From contig OZ316897.1 in NCBI GenBank assembly GCA_973895155.1, positions 22,109,455-22,173,454 on the forward strand: DNA of 64,000 bases. The letters are read 5' to 3'. Position 1 is the stretch's first letter. Every line of letters begins with the position of its first letter. This DNA comes from Marsupella aquatica (lineage: Eukaryota > Plantae > Marchantiophyta). Under the pieces are notes generated by a model, which saw only the letters and a program-made list of their open reading frames with translations, was not told where the DNA came from and ran no database searches. Of this stretch, positions 52,098 to 62,600 are shown piece by piece. A program made the translations under genes and the position numbers.

Positions 52098-55000
52098 TTC
52101 AGTCTAACTGCGCTCGGCACGCGCGTTAGGTGGGTCTTAGGCCGCTATTATTAGCATAACGACAGTATTTAGGTAATCATTAGGGGTAGGACATCATTAG
52201 GCAATAAGGGGGACTTCAGGTTCGGGCTGGCGGCGGGTCGCTATTCGCACACCCGGGTTATGAGCATGGAGGGGCCCCTCCCTCGGGTCCGTATAACGAA
52301 CTTAAGGAAGCGGCCACTAACGCACGCTGACTCAGACCGGCGGAGTGGCCGGTACACCACAAGCGTGAGCGGTTCAACCTATGGGCGTCGAGGAGACGTC
52401 GGGGATCGACAAGCCCTCAAAGTATAAAAGGGGAGCCAACCCTTTGTAGTGCACCAGTCCATCAGTCCGCACGCCAGCTTCGACCCCAGCTCTCTCGTTC
52501 TCTCTAGGTCGCCACTACTATCTCCTCTGAATGTCGCACACGATCCTCTCCAGCTCGGCCATTCGATTCTGGACGCAGTTCCTATCTACCGGAAGGCACT
52601 TGGCCGATTCATTGAAACACGCCAACCCGTGCCGATACGAGATTGAACGCGAATACGAGAGAGCCATCCGCCTAGCAGGACGACACCACTACGTCCTTAA
52701 CTTTGACTACCCGTCTCAGAGCGAGCTTTACCGACCAGCTGAGGTATCTGGGTACTTCTTTGACGGAGACAAATATATCGGGTTCTGGGAAGCATTGCTT
52801 CGGCTTCCGGACGAGGTCTTCAATATCCCGGGTACAATCGACCTGCAGCGACATCACTTCGACCACATCCCTGCCCAGGTTCGGGCAGTCATTAACGGCG
52901 AGTCCAGTACCAACCGTTCGACAAGGGCGTCTGCACTCGCTTCGGAGAACTTCTACCAGCACCTACAGAGCTTCATGGGAACTCGGCCATCAACCAACAT
53001 GACCAACTCAGCCGTACCCGTACCCGTACCCGTGCCCATGCAACCTCAGCTTCAGCTTCAGCCTCAGCCGCAGCCTAGCCAAACCCCACCACCTATCACC
53101 CAGCCAGCACAGGTACGCTCCGTCATCAACGCTGTAGATCTTAGCGATGACGACGAGGCTACCCCACCCTTGACCAGGCGGCCCAGAGGAACAAGCGCTC
53201 GGGGGGCCGACACTATACCGTCCCCACCCCCTGCTCTGACCCCAGGAGCGGCCCCAGCAGACAACATGGTGACCGTGGCCGCCCCGGGCCCGTTACCAAC
53301 CGCAGTGGCACTCCCCAGGCCCGATCGGGAGGATGGGGAAGTATCACCTTCCCCGAGTCAGTCACGGGGAAAGAAGAGAAAGGAATCCGCCAGTGCATCC
53401 GGGTTACCGTTGGCCACGGTAGCCGTAGCCAAGGTAACGATGCATCGCATGGGGGAAAACGTTCACAGCAACATCCTCCATCCCAAGCATGCGGTGTACC
53501 TGAAGACTCAGGGATTTGAGCACCTCGCCTCTCTCCCCTGGAACACTTGCAGGTACTACAGGGAGGACATGACAGAATTCGTCAAGAATTATGACGACGT
53601 ACGTCAACAGACTCGGCTGCGGGGAAGGAATATGTCCCTCACAGAAGAATGGCTCAAGATGATCTTCGGGTTACCCGAAGGTGACCATCGAGTCAAATCA
53701 CGGGCTCCCGGGGGCAAGGGGGCCAAGTACCAGTCTTCAAGTTTTCCCTCAGAGGGATCAGTAGACAATGGGTTCGTGATGAGGACCTGCCTCATGCCCG
53801 AGATAGCTGAGCGGCTGAAGTTCCAGAGGTACGCTCTCCACATGATGGAACCCCGGGGGGAGATCTCCGCCGCCCAGGTCATCCAGGTCGAGAACTATCG
53901 ACCTAGGAGGTGGGCGTCGTACTTCGCTAAGAAATTCCATGAAGAGATGGAGCGGCGAAGGAAGACGCTGTACATTGGCGGGAAGGCGTATTTCGCTAGC
54001 CACATCGAAATCATTCTTGAGTGGTATGCCCGGTTTGATCGACGAACCCTTCCCCGCATCAACGTTACAAAGCTGGTTCCAGCTAGGTGGGTTTTTCCGG
54101 CATTGGAGAGACGGCCCCAACCCGAGGCCCGAAGTCCAGTGGACACGCCAGCTTCACCCACCCCACCTCCACAAATAGCCGTAATCATAACCGAGGAGGC
54201 GCCGGAGGGGTCGGACGTCGCAACCGTTGATGCGACCCAACTAGCCGGGCTAAGTACAGAAGTTGGTACGGTAGAGGTCTTACCCGAACCCGGGTCTCCC
54301 AAGGACCCGCCGGTGGCAATTCCGGAGAACCGGACATCGCTGCAGGAGGATACTCCGGCCCCTTCCAACGTTATGTCCCCAGGGCTGGACGTCACTGCCC
54401 CGGCCCCTGCGCGTGTTGATGTCTGCCCGTGCCCAAATCCGGACAGGCACAACTTGGACCACCCGGAACTCTTCGTACAGGGTACGTTTTTGAACGGGCT
54501 TCTGGGAGATTTCTCTCATCAAATTGCCCGGGATACCGGGGAGTTCATGGCTCGGAAGGTAGCCTGTTTCTTCAATCAGGAGTTGGTTGCCGCCGTAAAG
54601 GCAGGGCGGGCCCAGTCGGAGGCCCTTCAGAGGATAGAGCGGTACCGGGTGGAGTCCGTGTACCTAAAGAACGAAGTGGCGGCTCAAGAGGCTGAGCTTC
54701 TGCAACTACGACCCAAGGTAGCAGCCGCCGATGAGTTGTTAGCAAAGGCGTACGCTCTTACCGCCCTAGCCGAACAGGCCAAAGCTGGGAACGAGGCCGA
54801 GATTACACGGCTCCGGAACCAGATTGACAGTTTGAAGAAACAAGCTGTCACCTGGCAGAAAGACCTGGAGGAGGCCGAGGAGCGAGCCCAGCGGGACGCG
54901 ACGGAGATAGCCACGCTGCAGGCCGAGATGGCGCGGCTCCAAACCGAGGCCGAGAAGCAGGACCAGCTGGCGAGTAAACTGGCGAGCGACGCCCAGCAGC

Positions 55001-56067
55001 TGGAGGAGGCATGTCAGGAGGCAGCAGAGGAGACGGACACGGCGAGGCGAGAGAACGAATCTCTGCTGGACCAGGTCCAGCTCCTCAAAGCGGACAATGA
55101 TAGGCTTCGAAGGCAGCGGGATGGCCGTTCCCATTCGGGCGGCTCTGGCAAGCGTGCCAGGCATTAGCGGCGGAGTAGGAATAGATTAGGATTAGGATTG
55201 GCTTAGTCAGGCTCTTGGGACAGGCACCTGCCTTAGGTACGGCAGCGCTGCCCTGCTGTCCAGCCTGCGTAGATTAGGATCTTCTAATAAGACACAGCCG
55301 TTTTCCGGCCTGACTGTCAGCTTAGTTAGGACCTTGGTCAGCGAATCTTCGGCGGGAGGACACCCCGTTCCTCGGCTCTTAGTATTTAGTGCACCCCTCG
55401 GTAGAGGCAGGGGGGGTTTTTTAGTTTCAGAGTCGGACATCCGCGGGACATGCGGGGAGTCCCGACCTCTGGGAATGACAGAGTACCAAGGGGAGGGGGT
55501 AGGACTAAGCTTGCCGGGCGAGTGCGGAGCCGGGCTCCGTTGTAGTGTGCACCCTTGGCCTTCAACCTGTGCATTCCAGGGCTGTCGTGTCAACTAAGTG
55601 TACGCATATGTTCCCTTTGTAGTAAAAATCCTTTCCCATCATTTTTCCTTCGTGTAAATCGAGATTGTATGCATGTGTGCGCATATGTGTGTGGGTTTCT
55701 CGTATATGGGTGGCAGCGCCGGGCCGAACGCACTACCCGAGACGTGCACAGGGTGCAGCCTGCGGGTAAGTGGTTGCGAGCACGGGTTGAGGACCTGTAT
55801 CATCGAATCCGGATCGAAGGCGGACAGCACGAAGGCTTAGAAGCCCTTAAGCCGGGGTCGATCCTGCTATCGACTAAGGTACGTTCCGGCGGCGGAACAC
55901 AAACCATACCTAGGAGGTGTCCGTATTTAGCAGTATGCGCACTTAGCGCTAGTTTACGAGAATAAGGTGCATTATGTGCTTCCCTTCCTGCCCAAACCCT
56001 CAGATTTACGAGGGATGTGCCCGTCTAAGCTGAAGTCTGAGTTAAAGCCGAAGCCTACGACGTGACA
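52065..56067 (+). repeat. 3' LTR (4003 bp)
   Basis: Direct repeat of the 5' LTR with a 6-bp deletion and a small number of substitutions. Confidence 0.96.
52531..55167 (+). CDS. Second copy of the LTR-encoded protein (878 aa)
   Basis: Intact ORF in the 3' LTR; differs from 42432-45074 by a GP deletion and about six residue changes. Confidence 0.85.
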   Translation: MSHTILSSSAIRFWTQFLSTGRHLADSLKHANPCRYEIEREYERAIRLAGRHHYVLNFDYPSQSELYRPAEVSGYFFDGDKYIGFWEALLRLPDEVFNIPGTIDLQRHHFDHIPAQVRAVINGESSTNRSTRASALASENFYQHLQSFMGTRPSTNMTNSAVPVPVPVPMQPQLQLQPQPQPSQTPPPITQPAQVRSVINAVDLSDDDEATPPLTRRPRGTSARGADTIPSPPPALTPGAAPADNMVTVAAPGPLPTAVALPRPDREDGEVSPSPSQSRGKKRKESASASGLPLATVAVAKVTMHRMGENVHSNILHPKHAVYLKTQGFEHLASLPWNTCRYYREDMTEFVKNYDDVRQQTRLRGRNMSLTEEWLKMIFGLPEGDHRVKSRAPGGKGAKYQSSSFPSEGSVDNGFVMRTCLMPEIAERLKFQRYALHMMEPRGEISAAQVIQVENYRPRRWASYFAKKFHEEMERRRKTLYIGGKAYFASHIEIILEWYARFDRRTLPRINVTKLVPARWVFPALERRPQPEARSPVDTPASPTPPPQIAVIITEEAPEGSDVATVDATQLAGLSTEVGTVEVLPEPGSPKDPPVAIPENRTSLQEDTPAPSNVMSPGLDVTAPAPARVDVCPCPNPDRHNLDHPELFVQGTFLNGLLGDFSHQIARDTGEFMARKVACFFNQELVAAVKAGRAQSEALQRIERYRVESVYLKNEVAAQEAELLQLRPKVAAADELLAKAYALTALAEQAKAGNEAEITRLRNQIDSLKKQAVTWQKDLEEAEERAQRDATEIATLQAEMARLQTEAEKQDQLASKLASDAQQLEEACQEAAEETDTARRENESLLDQVQLLKADNDRLRRQRDGRSHSGGSGKRARH

Positions 56068-56308
56068 TTAGTCATTTATGAGAGAAGTCCATAATGACGG
56101 TATGTTCTTGTAAACACTGATATGTCCTAATTTCAAGATTGACCCTAGAGTTAGTCATTTATGAGAGAAGTCCATAATGATGGTATGTTCTTGTAAACAC
56201 TGATATGTCCTAATTTCAAGATTGACCCTAGAGTTAGTCATTTATGAGAGAAGTCCATAATGACGGTATGTTCTTGTAAACACTGATATGTCCTAATTTC
56301 AAGATTGA

Positions 56309-59300
56309 TGTGGGATGGCTCAGTGTCAGCTAGTGTAGAGAAACATGACATTCTTTCGTTTAGAAGAGGAAATAGTTAGGGAAAAAGTTTTAGTGCTATC
56401 AGAGTAGCTAGGTTTAGGGCACTTAAGTAAGAAGGGAAGCTTAGTAGAGGTAAGAGGGAATTTAGTTATGCAAAGTTATCTAGGGGTAAGCAAGTTACTA
56501 TAGGAGGGGCAGGAAACTAGTCCGTCCTTAGTTATAATAGGCGACTAAGTCGGGACCGAAAAATGACCCGACACCGGACATCTTATTTTTTGGCTGATAT
56601 TTCTCCCATGGGTGCTGGGAGGTCCCTAGGGAACCCTGAAAAAGTATGAAGTCAAGTGGGGTCTTAACCTAGGAGTTATAAGTATTTTGGCAAAAATCAA
56701 AGTTACCAAATAGCGGGTCCCGGGAAAAATAGCTGATGGGTAAATGTAGGGGTTCCAAGTTTGGAAGTGGGTTAAGTATGGTCCCCTCTATCCCTAGAAA
56801 CTTGTGGGACAACTTTGTCACACTTGGTTACTTTTTGGGAGCATCTCAAAGTTGAGAAGAATTTTGGAAGACATAAAGACTTGACCCTCTTTGCCTAATT
56901 TTAGAAAAGTTGTTATAGGGTTTTGTTTATATCTTAGTAAACCCGGACATAGTCCTATGTCCATAGAATCAGTGGAGCTACTCAGAAGTCCTTTTGGACT
57001 TATGTGTGAGTTTTGGAGGGGGGTCCAAAATCGCCCCAAAATGCTGTTTTTCCAAAAAAAAAATGTATTTTTTTCTAAGTGTAAACCGCGTGGGCGACGA
57101 TCACGCGGCGAGCACGAGGCAAGGAGGAGCGAGCACGAGGCAAGGAGGAGCAAGCACGAGGCTGGTGAGGACGTCAAGCACCGGGAGGCTGTCCAAAGGT
57201 GCTGCATGATTACTTGAGGAATCAATTGAGCACAAGGGCGGCTGAATTGAAGGAAGGGCGGCTGAATTGAAATGGCTGCTGCTGATTGAAGAAGCAAGGG
57301 CTGTTGCTGATTGAAGAAGCTATGGCTGCTGAGAAGGAAAAGAGCTATGGCTGCAAATTAGGATCGCTGCTGGCTTTGAATTGGGAAGGCTGCTTGCTGC
57401 TATGACAGCTGCACACTAGATTAGAGGTGCTCCTACTAATCAGGCACGAGATGCTCATGAGAATTGGCTGGCTGCTGCCTTGATGCTGCTGAATTGAATG
57501 ATGCTGCTGCTAGCTGCGAAATTGCAAAGGTGGGCAGCTACGAAATTGAGAAGAGAGACCTGCTTGACTGAGAAGGAATCAAGCTATGGTTGCTGCTGCT
57601 GTGCTTCAAATCTGCTGTTGTTGTGCTGTAAATGCGCTGATGTGACTGTGCTGCTAGCTGCGAAATTGACTGTGCTGCTAGCTGCGAAATTGACTGTGTT
57701 GCTAGCGGCAAAATTGAAGAGGTGGGCTAGCTGCGAAATTGACTAGGCTGGCTGTGAGCTATGGTGGCTGTGAAATTGAGGGGCTGGCGGCTGATCAGCT
57801 GGACTGCTGCACAAGAAAGAATCCAATAGAGAATGCTGTGGTTTTAGATTGAATTCACGAGAGAGAAATGGCTGCAAACATTGCTGTCCTTACAATTTCT
57901 TCATAAGAAACATGAGTATAATGAGAGTGCTCTCCCCTCATGACACGTGGAATCCCCATAAGGGGCATGTAAGGTAAGTGTAATCGGGCCGCCGCTTACA
58001 CCCGCTTTACACCAAAAACAGGCCTTGGGAGAATGGGCATAACTTTGGCTAGAGGTATCCGTTGGGGCCCAAATTTTTTTGTGCTGAGTTAGGGGAAGAT
58101 AAGGCACCCCCTGGTGAAGGTGGAACCCCAGAAAAGTAATCACTCAAATATATTTTTAACCGAGGCCACGAGGGAGTCCCGACAACTTGCAAACCAAAGT
58201 CGGCATAGGGGAATGAATACCAGATTTAGGGGCTGACCTTTCTTGCACCCATACCACTTGAGTTAGGCTCTAGAGAAGGGTACTTACCTTTGGCCAAAGG
58301 TGTAAGGCCATCAAGTTAAGAAAAGTAAATATAGGGGGTAGTTTACTTAGGGTAGTAAAGGGGTTACAAGTAAAATAAGGCCAACTTTGACTAGGCACAA
58401 CTTGAGACTCACTCACTCTTTTTGCGAGCTTTCAAGTGGGTTGGTAAGCTGGTGAGGAGGACCATAAGTGGGAGTAGGTTTGGAAGTCAAAGCATACCAC
58501 TCATGTGTGGCATATTCCAGGGCTTGGAAGGAGGCAAAATAGCAAGTAGTAGGGTGGGCTATGAACTATAGAGTTGGACTTTGTGTGTTAGGAGGACTTG
58601 GGGGAGGTATAGTTGGACCCCAGGTCAAGCTTGGTGTGATGTGGAAGGAGATAGTATATAAGGAGGAAGTTTTCATTTGTTAGGGACCGGGAGTCTCATC
58701 TCTTAAGTGAAATCTCTACCTTGCCAAGGTAGGGCTAAGCTTGAGAAAGGAGAGGTGGTCCATGCTTAGTGTGGAGAATGTGTAGTGAACTTTTGTTGTA
58801 AAGGTGATGCAATAAAAGGAGACTTACCAATCTTCATTGTGACCATTAAGTGTGAGTGCATTTGAAGTATATGAGAGCAAGAGAAGAGTCCATGCTATGG
58901 TATAATCTTGGTCTAAGCTTGAAGGGGATGTGCTAGTACAAAACCAAGGCCAAGGAGGCAAGGTTAAGGTATAGCATTACTTTGAGACTTAGAGAGGATT
59001 ATAGCTTGAGGGTGGAAAGTACTTTGCTTGGTGTGTGGTGTTAACAAGAAGTAAGAACAAGAGGAAGAGTCCTTAGATAGAGGAGCCTTCTCTAGGGCTC
59101 AAAGGGGATGTGTGGACCCAAACCAAGGCCAGGGGGGCAAGGTTGAGGGGTAACACTACTTTGAGGGTCTTGAGGAGACTTAAGCTTGAAGAGGAAAGTA
59201 CTTTGGGTTCTTGGGTGTTTGTGTGAGAATCTACTCTAAGGTGACAGCTTGGAGCGGAGATCCCCCTTGCTGATCCTTGGAGTAGAGGAGAGGGGAAGGG

Positions 59301-59509
59301 GTGAGTACAAAAGTAGTCAAGGGGACTACCTCTCTAGAAGTGGAGAGTTGAAACTACTTATGTATGGAGTGATTGGACATTGTAAGCACACTTCAGAAGT
59401 TTTGTCAATCCTTTGTGACCCTGGTATGACATGGAGCAGGTATTAGGTAGTCTTTTGGGGAGAAAAGCCGCTTAAGCTCCTTGGCAAGTGTTTGACATAG
59501 AGTCCCACC
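56309..59509 (+). repeat. Putative 5' LTR (~3.2 kb) of the second Ty3 element
   Basis: TGTGGGA…TCCCAC inverted termini, candidate TATATAA at 58655, internal ~110-bp direct repeat (~58920-59025 vs ~59100-59205) and GCTGCT-rich tracts. The second LTR is not in the window. Confidence 0.65.
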
Positions 59510-59517
59510 CTTGTTTT

Positions 59518-59535
59518 TGGCGCCGCTGCCGGGGA
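59518..59535 (+). promoter_or_regulatory. Primer-binding site, tRNA-Asp-like
   Basis: TGGCGCCGCTGCCGGGGA, close to the Athila-type tRNA-Asp PBS TGGCGCCGTTGCCGGGGA. Confidence 0.8.
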
Positions 59536-59641
59536 CAACTCTTTACAGTTTTTGTTGGAGTGGAGCCACAAGACTTGGAGGTGTGTTTGCAGGTTTGCTG
59601 TTCAAGAGAAGAAGGGAGATAAGAAGGTGATTGTGAGTGGC

Positions 59642-62600
59642 ATGCCCACTACAAGGAGTCAAGCACTAAAAGAAGCCTCTCTTAGTTTCAACTTTGGTGA
59701 CCAGTTGGAGCAACCAGATTGGGTGGACATTCATTTGCAAGCTGAAGCGGAACCTGGTGTAGGGTGGAGTGATACATCTTCTTCCACTACCAACACAAGT
59801 GAAGATCAAGAAGCAGCCATGGTGGTGACTCAAAGAGCAAGATTTCAGTACAAGACATTCCATGGCAAGCCCAAGGAGGATCCTGATGCTTGGTTGGAGG
59901 ACTTCATTGGGACAGCCCAAGCCAATGGAGAGTTTGATATTAAGTTGACCACTTTGGCGGGGGTCTTGAGAGGAGAAGCAAGACCTTGGTTCAATAGCCT
60001 ATCAAATGCCATCAAGAATGATTGGGATGCCTTCAAGCTAGCATTCTTGCAGGAGTTTAGGAAGGTGGGAGAAGAATCGGAAGCTCTGATCAAGATGGGA
60101 CAGATCAGAATGGGATCCAAGGAGTCAGTAAGGAGGTTTCTGCAAAGGTTTCAAAGGTTAGCTACCAAGCTTGACCCCAGACCAGTAGACTCCATGTTGT
60201 TGGCTTGGTTTGTGGCAAGCCTACCCAAGAAGATGGGTGTCTCAGTAAGGCAATCTCACCCTAATACGTTGGATGAGGCCATTGAGGCGGCTCAGTCTTA
60301 TAGGAGTGCTGAGATCTCTAGTTCCAAGAGTAGGAGAAAGAAGAAGCGATTTGCTTATAGTGATTCTTCTTCTAGCTCAAGTGAATCAAGTAGTTCAGTT
60401 GAGGATACTTCTGAGTCGGAATCTGAGGAGAGTAGTTCCAGTTCTGATTCAGAATCTGATTCTGAGGAGGACTCCGAGAAGAAGAAGAAGAAGAAGAAGA
60501 AGAAGGCAAAGAGAAAAAGCGACCAGAAGAGGAGAGCCAGCAAGAAGAAGCCAGGTGGTAAGCACCACAAATCTGCAACCTTCAACTTGGTGGAAGGTTC
60601 TACACCAGCAACCAAGGAGAAGAAGGTGATGGATAACAAGATGAGTGAGATCACCAACCAACTCAAGGCCCTATCAGTTCACTTTGCTGGTGTGCAACCT
60701 GATAGGAGAAAAGTGCCGGTGAATAGAGCCCATGTATGGTGTGTCAAGTGCAAGAGTTTTGGCCATACACCTCAAGAGTGTCAAGGTTGGAGGAATCAAG
60801 TTCAGTATGTCAATGAAGAGTCCAACGATGTTTATCAAGCAAGTGAAGTGGTGGACTACTTCTATGAAGAAGCCCCGGAGATGGTGTACCAGATTTCAGG
60901 AGGCCCAAGAACTTTGCAAGGAAGACCAGCTCCACCCATGGCACCTCAACTGATGCCTGGTCTTCAACCAAGGATGGTGGATCAAATGGGACCTCAAGGA
61001 CCTGGGGGAGTGGCAAGAACTACCGTGGTGATCTGCTGGAACTGTCAAAAACCAGGGCACTATTCCAACAGTTGCCCCGAACCAAGGAGGCAGGGACAAG
61101 GAGCTCCCTATCCTCTTTGTGCTGTGTGCAAAAGGGAGGGTCATACCACAGCCAACTGTCCTATTGGATCTGCTGCCAAGATGATGATAGGAAGGATAGA
61201 AGCACCACCACCAGCGGTTGCCAAGGCTCCCGGTGAAGCCACAGTGAACTTCTTGAGTATGGAGTGGCAAGAGGAGGCCAAAGATGGAGTGACACAAGTT
61301 GCTGGTGGGGAGAACCAGCCAGATCTACCAGGAATGGAGACACCTGAGGAGGAAGCTGTGTGTTACAAGGTGTCTACCAGGTCCACAAGAAAGAAGGAAA
61401 GAGTGGAAGAGAGGAAGAAGAGGAAGGAGAGAAAGGAGCACTCAACGGAGTCACCAATCGAAGTTGAAGTTGGAGCAGAAGTTCAAGTCCCACCAGCTGA
61501 AGATAGTGACTACAAGAGAGACCATCCGAAGCTCTTCTATCCCAAGGTGAATGAGGAAGTCAAGAGGCAACTAGAGGAGATGGAGGCTAAGGAGCATCAA
61601 GAGGCCATCAACAAAGACCTGAAGGTTGCTAAAGCTTTGAAGGAAAAAGCTGAGGTGGAAGAGAAGAAAGAGACCAGCAAGGTACCCTCTTATGACATCA
61701 AGAAGGATGTGAAAGATTGTTTGGTTACTGCTACAGTGGGGCAGCTGATCAAAGACAACCCTTTGTATAGGAGGCAACTGAAGGAGATGTTGGTAGGAAG
61801 GAGAAGAAGGAAGCTTCCAAAGGTTGGTACCCCAGCTGATGTGATGATGGTTTGTGAAGACCTTGGAGCACCTGAGATTGATGTTCAAGTAAATGGGTGT
61901 GTACTCTCGTATGTACCAGTTGATGGAGGCTCAGGTGTGAATATCATGATTGAGGCTACTGCCCAACAACTAGGTTTCAAGAAACTTCAGCCAACAGCAA
62001 GGACAATGAGGCTAGCAAATGGAGCAAGAGTGCTACCGGTGGGGACTCTTACTCAAGTACCTACTCTCATTGGGGGGCAGGAGTTCTTGTTGAATTACTT
62101 GGTGATGAGACCAGCAAGGCCATCTACTTACCCAATCTTGATTGGGAGGCCTTGGCTATATGGAGCCAAAGTAGTGTCTGATTGGGGCAAGAAGGAGTTT
62201 AGGTTTGGCAAACCAGCCACTTCAGTTTCATGGGGTCATGACAAGCATCAAGGAGAGACTACTGATGAGTTGGATGAATATGATTCTGAACTTTCCGATG
62301 AGTTGAGTACCAAATCTGAATCTGATGAGGATGAGGTATACATGTTGAACATGGTGAGCCAATGGACTGAAGAAGAAGTGTTTGGAGAGGAGCAAGAGCA
62401 GGAGGCTCTTACCAGCCATTCACCTCTGCCCAGTCTCAGTGAAGTGACCAGTCTCGAGGAGGTGAAGCAGGCTGAGACCTCAGCCAAGGAGAGCAACCAA
62501 GAAGACACTATCACAATGGCTCAGGAGGTTGATCAGACCAGCAAGGGTGCTGCCCAAGTTGAGATCAAGACAAGGAGTAATGACCAGAGTTTAAAGGCTA

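Larger units (their letters stand above)
41966..56067 (+). mobile_element. Intact Ty3/gypsy LTR retrotransposon (non-chromovirus; Athila/Phygy/Selgy-like) with ~4-kb gene-containing LTRs
   Basis: LTRs 41966-45974 and 52065-56067 (TGT...ACA). TSD TTAGT at 41961-41965 and 56068-56072. PBS 45987-46004, PPT ~52052-52064, uninterrupted 1999-aa gag-pol. Confidence 0.97.
41853..56308. repeat. 83-bp tandem repeat array split by the Ty3 insertion (41853-41965 and 56068-56308)
   Basis: Unit cctaatttcaagattgaccctagagttagtcatttatgagagaagtccataatgacggtatgttcttgtaaacactgatatgt. Unit starts at 41853, 41936, 56126, 56209 and 56292. Confidence 0.92.

Noticed and set aside
42432-55167. 880/878-aa ORFs as a host gene duplicated around the retrotransposon
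   Set aside because: The repeat boundaries are TG…CA with a 5-bp TSD outside and the PBS and PPT inside, so the duplicated units are the LTRs themselves.
42573-55965. Many short antisense or alternate-frame ORFs within the Ty3 element
   Set aside because: Shadow ORFs of GC-rich coding sequence; duplicated only because the LTR is duplicated.
56818-57746. ORFs in the second element's LTR as a counterpart of the 880-aa LTR gene
   Set aside because: Short, low-complexity frames arising from GCTGCT and 21-22-bp repeats, with no similarity to the 880-aa protein.
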